Shown here: piece by piece, positions 51,301 to 64,000 of the stretch
Layout: every line of letters starts with the position of its first letter
Numbering within the stretch: the first letter of the stretch is position 1
Source: Flaccisagitta enflata
Lineage: Eukaryota
Assembly: GCA_965153355.1 (NCBI GenBank)
Contig: OZ231126.1
Span: 36,890,001-36,954,000 of the forward strand
Length of the DNA stretch: 64,000 nt
Reading direction: 5' to 3'
Made by a program: the position numbers and the translations under genes
The notes under the pieces: generated by a model
Told to the model about the DNA's origin: nothing
The model's database searches: none
Seen by the model: the letters and a program-made list of their open reading frames with translations, nothing else

Positions 51301-54300
51301 AGATTTTTGGTTGTTGAGCCCTAAAAACGGTCATAATCGAGGATGTGGTGGTAGGTGTGGGTGGTAAACTGGTTCCTTTGGAGGCATTTCAGCCCCTAAT
51401 TTTTTTTCTTATCAAAGTACAATAGTCAAGGAGGGTATATACCAAAAATCAGCCAGGTGCTTGCATTTTTACAGTCGTGATGCGACTTTGAAAATCCTAG
51501 AAAATCCCTTTATATTTTAGACTCGGGTTATTGTCTCCCCCCTTATAAGAGTATCTTGCTAGTATCAGATTTGTAATTTTCAGCTTGTTTGTTAATTTTT
51601 TTTGTTAGACTAGCATATAAACATGTAAACAAAATGAAAATACCCTAAAATCCTCCAAAAATACCTGAAATTTGAGAAAAATTCACTATAAAAACTCTCA
51701 TTTTTGCTTAAAATGGACTATCGCCAAATAAGGTCAAAATGAGTGTTTTTCAAGCTATTTCTGACTTGTGTAGGCTATGATATACCTACTAAATGGCCCT
51801 GATTTGGTTTTTCACTATTCCAAAGTCTCATTTTTTCAGTTTTTTATTGTTCCAGAATAGTTTTTGAAAAAATGTGAGGTGCCCCCTCTAATAAGGCGGG
51901 AGACAACACCCCTTGCGACCTCTTCTCGTCACAGGGTAGGAACTACTAAACAAAAGATGTTATTGTGAACTCAGAGGTATAGTAGGGTGGTTAGGTTTTA
52001 GTAGGCCCCTAAGATGAAATGCTTAGGGATAGATCAAAATGATTTTTGGACTGAGATGGATGGATAAGGGTGTAAAGACCTCAAATTTGGGTAGGATGAA
52101 TTAAAAAAGCAAATTAGTCAAAAATAGGTGGAGTTTGCTTGTGGACAATATTGTGAGAAAACAAATTCATGGATTTTGATTTTTTAGCCTAAATCCCTTC
52201 AGAGACATCCAATGAGCACTACCCAAGTACAGGACACCCCAGGAAAATTCATTTTTTCAACATATTGAAGTTAGATTTTTGGTTGTTGAGCCCTAAAAAC
52301 GGTCATAAACGAGGATGTGGTGGTAGGTGTGGGTGGTAAACTGGTTCCTTTGGAGGCATTTCAGCCCCTAATTTTTTTCTTATCAAAGTACAATAGTCAA
52401 GGAGGGTATATACCAAAAATCAGCCAGGTGCTTGCATTTTTACAGTCGTGATGCGACTTTGAAAATCCTAAAAAATCCCTTTATATTTTAGACTCGGGTT
52501 ATTGTCTCCCCCTTATAAGAGTATCTTGCTAGTATCAGATTTGTAATTTTCAGCTTGTTTGTTAATTTTTTTTGTTAGACTAGCATATAAACATGTAAAC
52601 AAAATGAAAATACCCTAAAATCCTCCAAAAATACCTGAAATTTGAGAAAAATTCACTATAAAAACTCTCATTTTTGCTTAAAATGGACTATCGCCAAATA
52701 AGGTCAAAATGAGTGTTTTTCAAGCTATTTCTGACTTGTGTAGGCTATGATATACCTACTAAATGGCCCTGATTTGGTTTTTCACTATTCCAAAGTCTCA
52801 TTTTTTCAGTTTTTTATTGTTCCAGAATAGTTTTTGAAAAAATGTGAGGTGCCCCCCTCTAATAAGGCGGGAGACAACACCCTTGCGACCTCTTCTCGTC
52901 ACAGGGTAGGAACTACTAAACAAAAGATGTTATTGTGAACTCAGAGGTATAGTAGGGTGGTTAGGTTTTAGTAGGCCCCTAAGATGAAATGCTTAGGGAT
53001 AGATCAAAATGATTTTTGGACTGAGATGGATGGATAAGGGTGTAAAGACCTCAAATTTGGGTAGGATGAATTAAAAAAGCAAATTAGTCAAAAATAGGTG
53101 GAGTTTGCTTGTGGACAATATTGTGAGAAAACAAATTCATGGATTTTGATTTTTTTAGCCTAAATCCCTTCAGAGACATCCAATGAGCACTACCCAAGTA
53201 CAGGACACCCCAGGAAAATTCATTTTTCAACATATTGAAGTTAGATTTTTGGTTGTTGAGCCCTAAAAACGGTCATAAACGAGGATGTGGTGGTAGGTGT
53301 GGGTGGTAAACTGGTTCCTTTGGAGGCATTTCAGCCCCTAATTTTTTTTTCTTATCAAAGTACAATAGTCAAGGAGGGTATATACCAAAAATCAGCCAGG
53401 TGCTTGCATTTTTACAGTCGTGATGCGACTTTGAAAATCCTAAAAAATCCCTTTATATTTTAGACTCGGGTTATTGTCTCCCCCCTTATAAGAGTATCTT
53501 GCTAGTATCAGATTTGTAATTTTCAGCTTGTTTGTTAATTTTTAGTCGCGTGCACGCGACTCTACAACCCGCTCCGTCGGTCCGTCCGTCGGTCGGTCCG
53601 TCCGTCGGTCCGTCCGTAACACTTTGCTTTTTAACGTCTTTTTGGGTCGTCTGGAGTTATTTTGAGTCATTTTTTTGTTGTTTTTGGGAATTATTGGTTG
53701 CTTTTAGTCATTTTTGGTCATTTTTGGTCATTTTTGGTCATTTTGGTCATTTTGGTCATTTTGGTCATTTTGGTCATTTTGGTCAATTTTGGTCATTTTT
53801 GGTCATATTTCATCATTTTTGATCGTTTTTGATCATTTTTTGATCATTTTTGATCATTTTTGGTCATTTTTGGTCATTTTTGGTCATTTTTGGTCATTTT
53901 TGGTCATTTTTGGTCATTTTGATCATTTTGGTCATTTTGAATTTTTGGTCATTTTTGGTCATTTTGGTCAAATTGGTCCTTTTGATCATTTTGGTCATTT
54001 TGGTCATTTTGGTCATTTTTGGTCATTTTGGTCATTTTGGTCATTTTGGTCATTTGATCATTTTGATCAGTTTAGGTCATTTTGATCATTTTGGTCATTT
54101 TGGTCCTTTTGATTATTTTTGGTCATTTTGGTCATTTTGGTCATTTTGGTCATTTTTGGTCATTTTGGTAATTTTTGGTCCTTTGATCATTTTGGTCATT
54201 TTGGTCATTTTTGGTCATTTTTGTCATTTTTTGGTCATTTTGGTCATTTTGGTCATTTTGGTCAATTTGGTCCTTTTGATCATTTTTGGTCATTTTTGGT

Positions 54301-57300
54301 CATTTTTGGTCATTTTTTGTCATTTTCGGTCATTTTGGTCATTTTGGTCATTTTTGGTCATTTTGGTCATTTTTGGTCATTTTTTGTCATTTTGGTCATT
54401 TTTGGTTAAAGTCTGCTGGTTAAAGTCTGCTGGTTGAAGTCTGCTGGTTAAAGTCTGCTGGTTAAAGTCTGCTGGTTAAAGTCTGCTGGTTAAAGTCTGC
54501 TGGTTAAAGTCTGCTGGTTAAAGTCTGCTGGTTAAAGTCTGCTGGTTAAAGTCTGCTGGGTAAAGTCTGATGGTTAAAGTCTGCTGGTTTAAATCTGCTG
54601 GTTTAAATCTGCTGGTTTAAGTCTGCTGGTTTAAATCTAATGGTTTAAGTCTGCTGGTCTAATATTTTAAGTCTGCTGGTTTATGTCTGCTGGTTAAAAT
54701 GATATTAAAGATAAGTATGGTTTAAGTCTGGTTTAAGTCTGGTTTAAGTCTGGTTTAAGTCTGGTTTAAGTCTGGATTAAGTCTGGTTTAAGTCTGGTTT
54801 GAGTCTGGTTTGAGTCTGGTTTGAGTCTGGTTTGAGTCTGGTTTGAGTCTGGTTTGAGTCTGGCTTAAATCTGGTTTATGTCTGGTTTATGTCTGGTTTA
54901 TGTCTGGTTTATGTCTGATTTAGGTCTGGTTTGAGTCTGGTTTGAGTCTGGTTTGAGTCTGGTTTGAGTCTGGTTTGAGTCTGGTTTGAGTCTGGTTTGA
55001 GTCTGGTTTGAGTCTGGTTTGGGTCTGTTTTGGGTTGCGTTTAAGTCTGATTTTCGATAAAAAGATACAATAAGGAGTCAGGTCAGTTCAGTTATTTTTG
55101 TCCTGCACGCGACTTATAGGTGTTGGCCTTGTTTTTGTTAGACTAGCATATAAACATGTAAACAAAATGAAAATACCCTAAAATCCTCCAAAAATACCTG
55201 AAATTTGAGAAAAATTCACTATAAAAACTCTCATTTTTGCTTAAAATGGACTATCGCCAAATAAGGTCAAAATGAGTGTTTTTCAAGCTATTTCTGACTT
55301 GTGTAGGCTATGATATACCTACTAAATGGCCCTGATTTGGTTTTTCACTATTCCAAAGTCTCATTTTTTCAGTTTTTTATTGTTCCAGAATAGTTTTTGA
55401 AAAAATGTGAGGTGCCCCCCTCTAATAAGGCGGGAGACAACACCCCTTGCGACCTCTTCTCGTCACAGGGTAGGAACTACTAAACAAAAGATGTTATTGT
55501 GAACTCAGAGGTATAGTAGGGTGGTTAGGTTTTAGTAGGCCCCTAAGATGAAATGCTTAGGGATAGATCAAAATGATTTTGGACTGAGATGGATGGATAA
55601 GGGTGTAAAGACCTCAAATTTGGGTAGGATGAATTAAAAAAGCAAATTAGTCAAAAATAGGTGGAGTTTGCTTGTGGACAATATTGTGAGAAAACAAATT
55701 CATGGATTTTGATTTTTTAGCCTAAATCCCTTCAGAGACATCCAATGAGCACTACCCAAGTACAGGACACCCCAGGAAAATTCATTTTTTCAACATATTG
55801 AAGTTAGATTTTTGGTTGTTGAGCCCTAAAAACGGTCATAAACGAGGATGTGGTGGTAGGTGTGGGTGGTAAACTGGTTCCTTTGGAGGCATTTCAGCCC
55901 CTAATTTTTTTCTTATCAAAGTACAATAGTCAAGGAGGGTATATACCAAAAATCAGCCAGGTGCTTGCATTTTTACAGTCGTGATGCGACTTTGAAAATC
56001 CTAAAAAATCCCTTTATATTTTAGACTCGGGTTATTGTCTCCCCCTTATAAGAGTATCTTGCTAGTATCAGATTTGTAATTTTCAGCTTGTTTGTTAATT
56101 TTTTTTGTTAGACTAGCATATAAACATGTAAACAAAATGAAAATACCCTAAAATCCTCCAAAAATACCTGAAATTTGAGAAAAATTCACTATAAAAACTC
56201 TCATTTTTGCTTAAAATGGACTATCGCCAAATAAGGTCAAAATGAGTGTTTTTCAAGCTATTTCTGACTTGTGTAGGCTATGATATACCTACTAAATGGC
56301 CCTGATTTGGTTTTTCACTATTCCAAAGTCTCATTTTTTCAGTTTTTTATTGTTCCAGAATAGTTTTTGAAAAAATGTGAGGTGCCCCCCTCTAATAAGG
56401 CGGGAGACAACACCCCTTGCGACCTCTTCTCGTCACAGGGTAGGAACTACTAAACAAAAGATGTTATTGTGAACTCAGAGGTATAGTAGGGTGGTTAGGT
56501 TTTAGTAGGCCCCTAAGATGAAATGCTTAGGGATAGATCAAAATGATTTTTGGACTGAGATGGATGGATAAGGGTGTCAAAACCTCAAATTTGGGTAGGA
56601 TGAATTATAAAAGCAAATTAGTCAAAAATAGGTGGAGTTTGCTTGTGGACAATATTGTGAGAAAACAAATTCATGGATTTTGATTTTTTTAGCCTAAATC
56701 CCTTCAGAGACATCCAATGAGCACTACCCAAGTACAGGACACCCCAGGAAAATTCATTTTTTCAACATATTGAAGTTAGATTTTTGGTTGTTGAGCCCTA
56801 AAAACGGTCATAAACGAGGATGTGGTGGTAGGTGTGGGTGGTAAACTGGTTCCTTTGAGGCATTTCAGCCCCTAATTTTTTTTCTTATCAAAGTACAATA
56901 GTCAAGGAGGGTATATACCAAAAATCAGCCAGGTGCTTGCATTTTTACAGTCGTGATGCGACTTTGAAAATCCTAAAAAATCCCTTTATATTTTAGACTC
57001 GGGTTATTGTCTCCCCCCTTATAAGAGTATCTTGCTAGTATCAGATTTGTAATTTTCAGCTTGTTTGTTAATTTTTTTGTTAGACTAGCATATAAACATG
57101 TAAACAAAATGAAAATACCCTAAAATCCTCCAAAAATACCTGAAATTTGAGAAAAATTCACTATAAAAACTCTCATTTTTGCTTAAAATGGACTATCGCC
57201 AAATAAGGTCAAAATGAGTGTTTTTCAAGCTATTTCTGACTTGTGTAGGCTATGATATACCTACTAAATGGCCCTGATTTGGTTTTTCACTATTCCAAAG

Positions 57301-60300
57301 TCTCATTTTTTCAGTTTTTTATTGTTCCAGAATAGTTTTTGAAAAAATGTGAGGTGCCCCCCTCTAATAAGGCGGGAGACAACACCCCTTGCGACCTCTT
57401 CTCGTCACAGGGTAGGAACTACTAAACAAAAGATGTTATTGTGAACTCAGAGGTATAGTAGGGTGGTTAGGTTTTAGTAGGCCCCTAAGATGAAATGCTT
57501 AGGGATAGATCAAAATGATTTTTGGACTGAGATGGATGGATAAGGGTGTAAAGACCTCAAATTTGGGTAGGATGAATTAAAAAAGCAAATTAGTCAAAAA
57601 TAGGTGGAGTTTGCTTGTGGACAATATTGTGAGAAAACAAATTCATGGATTTTGATTTTTTTAGCCTAAATCCCTTCAGAGACATCCAATGAGCACTACC
57701 CAAGTACAGGACACCCCAGGAAAATTCATTTTTTCAACATATTGAAGTTAGATTTTTGGTTGTTGAGCCCTAAAACGGTCATAATCGAGGATGTGGTGGT
57801 AGGTGTGGGTGGTAAACTGGTTCCTTTGGAGGCATTTCAGCCCCTAATTTTTTTTCTTATCAAAGTACAATAGTCAAGGAGGGTATATACCAAAAATCAG
57901 CCAGGTGCTTGCATTTTTACAGTCGTGATGCGACTTTGAAAATCCTAAAAAATCCCTTTATATTTTAGACTCGGGTTATTGTCTCCCCCTTATAAGAGTA
58001 TCTTGCTAGTATCAGATTTGTAATTTTCAGCTTGTTTGTCAATTTTTTTGTTAGATTAGCATATAAACATGTAAACAAAATGAAAATACCCTAAAATCCT
58101 CCAAAAATACCTGAAATTTGAGAAAAATCCACTATAAAAACTCTCATTTTTGCTTAAAATGGACTATCGCCAAATAAGGTCAAAATGAGTGTTTTTCAAG
58201 CTATTTCTGACTTGTGTAGGCTATGATATACCTACTAAATGGCCCTGATTTGGTTTTTCACTATTCCAAAGTCTCATTTTTTCAGTTTTTTATTGTTCCA
58301 GAATAGTTTTTGAAAAAATGTGAGGTGCCCCCCTCTAATAAGGCGGGAGACAACACCCCTTGCGACCTCTTCTCGTCACAGGGTAGGAACTACTAAACAA
58401 AAGATGTTATTGTGAACTCAGAGGTATAGTAGGGTGGTTAGGTTTTAGTAGGCCCCTAAGATGAAATGCTTAGGGATAGATCAAAATGATTTTTGGACTG
58501 AGATGGATGGATAAGGGTGTAAAGACCTCAAATTTGGGTAGGATGAATTAAAAAAGCAAATTAGTCAAAAATAGGTGGAGTTTGCTTGTGGACAATATTG
58601 TGAGAAAACAAATTCTTAGATTTTGATTTTTTTAGCCTAAATCCCTTCAGAGACATCCAATGAGCACTACCCAAGTACAGGACACCCCAGGAAAATTCAT
58701 TTTTTCAACATATTGAAGTTAGATTTTTGGTTGTTGAGCCCTAAAAAGGTCATAATCGAGGATGTGGTGGTAGGTGTGGGTGGTAAACTGGTTCCTTTGG
58801 AGGCATTTCAGCCCCTTATTTTTTTTCTTATCAAAGTACAATAGTCAAGGAGGGTATATACCAAAAATCAGCCAGGTGCTTGCATTTTTACAGTCGTGAT
58901 GCGACTTTGAAAATCCTAAAAATCCCTTTATATTTTAGACTCGGGTTATTGTCTCCCCCCTTATAAGAGTATCTTGCTAGTATCAGATTTGTAATTTTCA
59001 GCTTGTTTGTTAATTTTTTTTGTTAGACTAGCATATAAACATGTAAACAAAATGAAAATACCCTAAAATCCTCCAAAAATACCTGAAATTTGAGAAAAAT
59101 TCACTATAAAAACTCTCATTTTTGCTTAAAATGGACTATCGCCAAATAAGGTCAAAATGAGTGTTTTTCAAGCTATTTCTGACTTGTGTAGGCTATGATA
59201 TACCTACTAAATGGCCCTGATTTGGTTTTTCACTATTCCAAAGTCTCATTTTTTCAGTTTTTTATTGTTCCAGAATAGTTTTTGAAAAAATGTGAGGTGC
59301 CCCCTCTAATAAGGCGGGAGACAACACCCCTTGCGACCTCTTCTCGTCACAGGGTAGGAACTACTAAACAAAAGATGTTATTGTGAACTCAGAGGTATAG
59401 TAGGGTGGTTAGGTTTTAGTAGGCCCCTAAGATGAAATGCTTAGGGATAGATCAAAATGATTTTTGGACTGAGATGGATGGATAAGGGTGTAAAGACCTC
59501 AAATTTGGGTAGGATGAATTAAAAAAGCAAATTAGTCAAAAATAGGTGGAGTTTGCTTGTGGACAATATTGTGAGAAAACAAATTCATGGATTTTGATTT
59601 TTTTAGCCTAAATCCCTTCAGAGACATCCAATGAGCACTACCCAAGTACAGGACACCCCAGGAAAATTCATTTTTTCAACATATTGAAGTTAGATTTTTG
59701 GTTGTTGAGCCCTAAAAACGGTCATAATCAAGGATGTGGTGGTAGGTGTGGGTGGTAAACTGGTTCCTTTGGAGGCATTTCAGCCCCTAATCTTTTTTTC
59801 TTATCAAAGTACAATAGTCAAGGGGGGTATATACCAAAAATCAGCCAGGTGCTTGCATTTTTACAGTCGTGATGCGACTTTGAAAATCCTAAAAAATCCC
59901 TTTATATTTTAGACTCGGGTTATTGTCTCCCCCCTTATAAGAGTATCTTGCTAGTATCAGATTTGTAATTTTCAGCTTGTTTGTTAATTTTTTTTGTTAG
60001 ACTAGCATATAAACATGTAAACAAAATGAAAATACCCTAAAATCCTCCAAAAATACCTGAAATTTGAGAAAAATTCACTATAAAAACTCTCATTTTTGCT
60101 TAAAATGGACTATCGCCAAATAAGGTCAAAATGAGTGTTTTTCAAGCTATTTCTGACTTGTGTAGGCTATGATATACCTACTAAATGGCCCTGATTTGGT
60201 TTTCACTATTCCAAAGTCTCATTTTTTCAGTTTTTTATTGTTCCAGAATAGTTTTTGAAAAAATGTGAGGTGCCCCCCTCTAATAAGGCGGGAGACAACA

Positions 60301-63300
60301 CCCCTTGCGACCTCTTCTCGTCACAGGGTAGGAACTACTAAACAAAAGATGTTATTGTGAACTCAGAGGTATAGTAGGGTGGTTAGGTTTTAGTAGGCCC
60401 CTAAGATGAAATGCTTAGGGATAGATCAAAATGATTTTTGGACTGAGATGGATGGATAAGGGTGTAAAGACCTCAAATTTGGGTAGGATGAATTAAAAAA
60501 GCAAATTAGTCAAAAATAGGTGGAGTTTGCTTGTGGACAATATTGTGAGAAAACAAATTCATGGATTTTGATTTTTTTAGCCTAAATCCCTTCAGAGACA
60601 TCCAATGAGCACTACCCAAGTACAGGACACCCAAGGAAAATTCATTTTTTCAACATATTGAAGTTAGATTTTTGGTTGTTGAGCCCTAAAAACGGTCATA
60701 ATCGAGGATGTGGTGGTAGGTGTGGGTGGTAAACTGGTTCCTTTGGAGGCATTTCAGCCCCTAATCTTTTTTTCTTATCAAAGTACAATAGTCAAGGAGG
60801 GTATATACCAAAAATCAGCCAGGTGCTTGCATTTTTACAGTCGTGATGCGACTTTGAAAATCCTAAAAAATCCCTTTATATTTTAGACTCGGGTTATTGT
60901 CTCCCCCCTTATAAGAGTATCTTGCTAGTATCAGATTTGTAATTTTCAGCTTGTTTGTTAATTTTTTTGTTAGACTAGCATATAAACATGTAAACAAAAT
61001 GAAAATACCCTAAAATCCTCCAAAAATACCTGAAATTTGAGAAAAATTCACTATAAAAACTCTCATTTTTGCTTAAAATGGACTATCGCCAAATAAGGTC
61101 AAAATGAGTGTTTTTCAAGCTATTTCTGACTTGTGTAGGCTATGATATACCTACCAAATGGCCCTGATTTGGTTTTTCACTATTCCAAAGTCTCATTTTT
61201 TCAGTTTTTTATTGTTCCAGAATAGTTTTTGAAAAAATGTGAGGTGCCCCCCTCTAATAAGGCGGGAGACAACACCCCTTGCGACCTCTTCTCGTCACAG
61301 GGTAGGAACTACTAAACAAAAGATGTTATTGTGAGCCCAGAGGTATAGTAGGGTGGTTAGGTTTTAGTAGGCCCCTAAGATGAAATGCTTAGGGATAGAT
61401 CAAAATGATTTTTGGACTGAGATGGATGGATAAGGGTGTAAAGACCTCAAATTTGGGTAGGATGAATTAAAAAAGCAAATTAGTCAAAAATAGGTGGAGT
61501 TTGCTTGTGGACAATATTGTGAGAAAACAAATTCATGGATTTTGATTTTTTTAGCCTAAATCCCTTCAGAGACATCCAATGAGCACTACCCAAGTACAGG
61601 ACACCCCAGGAAAATTCATTTTTTCAACATATTGAAGTTAGATTTTTGGTTGTTGAGCCCTAAAAAGGTCATAATCGAGGATGTGGTGGTAGGTGTGGGT
61701 GGTAAACTGGTTCCTTTGGAGGCATTTCAGCCCCTAATTTTTTCTTATCAAAGTACAATAGTCAAGGAGGGTATATACCAAAAATCAGCCAGGTGCTTGC
61801 ATTTTTACAGTCGTGATGCGACTTTGAAAATCCTAAAAAATCCCTTTATATTTTAGACTCGGGTTATTGTCTCCCCCCTTATAAGAGTATCTTGCTAGTA
61901 TCAGATTTGTAATTTTCAGCTTGTTTGTTAATTTTTTTGTTAGACTAGCATATAAACATGTAAACAAAATGAAAATACCCTAAAATCCTCCAAAAATACC
62001 TGAAATTTGAGAAAAATTCACTATAAAAACTCTCATTTTTGCTTAAAATGGACTATCGCCAAATAAGGTCAAAATGAGTGTTTTTCAAGCTATTTCTGAC
62101 TTGTGTAGGCTATGATATACCTACTAAATGGCCCTGATTTGGTTTTTCACTATTCCAAAGTCTCATTTTTTCAGTTTTTTATTGTTCCAGAATAGTTTTT
62201 GAAAAAATGTGAGGTGCCCCCCTCTAATAAGGCGGGAGACAACACCCCTTGCGACCTCTTCTCGTCACAGGGTAGGAACTACTAAACAAAAGATGTTATT
62301 GTGAGCCCAGAGGTATAGTAGGGTGGTTAGGTTTTAGTAGGCCCCTAAGATGAAATGCTTAGGGATAGATCAAAATGATTTTTGGACTGAGATGGATGGA
62401 TAAGGGTGTAAAGACCTCAAATTTGGGTAGGATGAATTAAAAAAGCAAATTAGTCAAAAATAGGTGGAGTTTGCTTGTGGACAATATTGTGAGAAAACAA
62501 ATTCATGGATTTTGATTTTTTAGCCTAAATCCCTTCAGAGACATCCAATGAGCACTACCCAAGTACAGGACACCCCAGGAAAATTCATTTTTTCAACATA
62601 TTGAAGTTAGATTTTTGGTTGTTGAGCCCTAAAAAGGTCAAACGAGGATGTGGTGGTAGGTGTGGGTGGTAAACTGGTTCCTTTGGAGGCATTTCAGCCC
62701 CTAATTTTTTTCTTATCAAAGTACAATAGTCAAGGAGGGTATATACCAAAAATCAGCCAGGTGCTTGCATTTTTACAGTCGTGATGCGACTTTGAAAATC
62801 CTAAAAAATCCCTTTATATTTTAGACTCGGGTTATTGTCTCCCCCCTTATAAGAGTATCTTGCTAGTATCAGATTTGTAATTTTCAGCTTGTTTGTCAAT
62901 TTTTTTTGTTAGACTAGCATATAAACATGTAAACAAAATGAAAATACCCTAAAATCCTCCAAAAATACCTGAAATTTGAGAAAAATCCACTATAAAAACT
63001 CTCATTTTTGCTTAAAATGGACTATCGCCAAATGAGGTCAAAATGAGTGTTTTTCAAGCTATTTCTGACTTGTGTAGGCTATGATATACCTACTAAATGG
63101 CCCTGATTTGGTTTTTCACTATTCCAAAGTCTCATTTTTTCAGTTTTTTATTGTTCCAGAATAGTTTTTGAAAAAATGTGAGGTGCCCCCCTCTAATAAG
63201 GCGGGAGACAACACCCCTTGCGACCTCTTCTCGTCACAGGGTAGGAACTACTAAACAAAAGATGTTATTGTGAGCCCAGAGGTATAGTAGGGTGGTTAGG

Positions 63301-64000
63301 TTTTATTAGGCCCCTAAGATAAAATGCTTAGGGATAGATCAAAATGATTTTTGGACTGAGATGGATGGATAAGGGTGTAAAGACCTCAAATTTGGGTAGG
63401 ATGAATTAAAAAAGCAAATTAGTCAAAAATAGGTGGAGTTTGCTTGTGGACAATATTGTGAGAAAACAAATTCATGGATTTTGATTTTTTTAGCCTAAAT
63501 CCCTTCAGAGACATCCAATGAGCACTACCCAAGTACAGGACACCCCAGGAAAATTCATTTTTTCAACATATTGAAGTTAGATTTTTGGTTGTTGAGCCCT
63601 AAAAAAGGTCATAATCGAGGATGTGGTGGTAGGTGTGGGTGGTAAACTGGTTCCTTTGGAGGCATTTCAGCCCCTAATCTTTTTTTCTTATCAAAGTACA
63701 ATAGTCAAGGAGGGTATATACCAAAAATCAGCCAGGTGCTTGCATTTTTACAGTCGTGATGCGACTTTGAAAATCCTAAAAATCCCTTTATATTTTAGAC
63801 TCGGGTTATTGTCTCCCCCTTATAAGAGTATCTTGCTAGTATCAGATTTGTAATTTTCAGCTTGTTTGTCAATTTTTTTGTTAGACTAGCATATAAACAT
63901 GTAAACAAAATGAAAATACCCTAAAATCCTCCAAAAATACCTGAAATTTGAGAAAAATCCACTATAAAAACTCTCATTTTTGCTTAAAATGGACTATCGC
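36354..64000. repeat. Tandem satellite, ~972-bp monomer, about 27 highly similar head-to-tail units, running off the window end
   Basis: aaggcgggagacaacacccc recurs near 36354, 37326, 38297, 39267 ... 62229 and 63197; one interruption at 53544-55131. Confidence 0.98.
53544..55131 (+). mobile_element. 1.6-kb HINE-like element inserted into a poly-T run of one satellite monomer
   Basis: Empty site gttaa-T7/8-gttagac in the other monomers; filled site gttaa-ttttt[agtcgcgtgcacgcgact...gcacgcgacttataggtgttggccttg]ttttt-gttagac. Confidence 0.92.

Noticed and set aside
53532-54437. FGHF/WSF/LVI-repeat ORFs
   Set aside because: Translations of the 9/10-bp minisatellite inside the inserted element
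41583-63853. Recurrent MKLDFWLLSPKK.. ORFs in the satellite
   Set aside because: Short, non-ATG starts, opened and closed by homopolymer indels between monomers
36354-64000. Array as rDNA, 5S, snRNA, histone cluster or CRISPR
   Set aside because: No recognisable RNA-gene or histone sequence in the monomer and no repeat-spacer structure; an Rfam/Infernal scan would be needed to fully exclude an ncRNA

Overview
Repeat-rich metazoan (probably invertebrate) genomic DNA. Genes: (1) a phase-consistent 5-exon + strand model (8628-18811, about 631 aa) with a polyQ tract and a tandemly duplicated unidentified ~100-aa domain; (2) an intronless, divergent extended-synaptotagmin gene (20792-23323, minus strand); (3) the last four exons of an unidentified minus-strand gene (35121-33159). 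Mobile DNA: a 5.6-kb gag-only BEL/Pao-like LTR element (24457-30063) with apparently identical 500-bp LTRs, inserted in a (CA)n tract; a 2.1-kb Tc1/mariner-type foldback element; several MITEs and palindromes; and about a dozen Helentron-associated (HINE/DINE-1-like) non-autonomous elements that carry different internal tandem arrays. From 36354 to the window end is a ~972-bp tandem satellite (about 27 units), interrupted once by a HINE-like insertion and apparently intronic. The most striking observation is that the LTR element has no tRNA-type primer-binding site. Instead, the 14 nt abutting its 5' LTR are perfectly complementary to a sequence inside the LTR, which is the geometry of Tf1-type self-priming, here attached to a BEL/Pao-type Gag.
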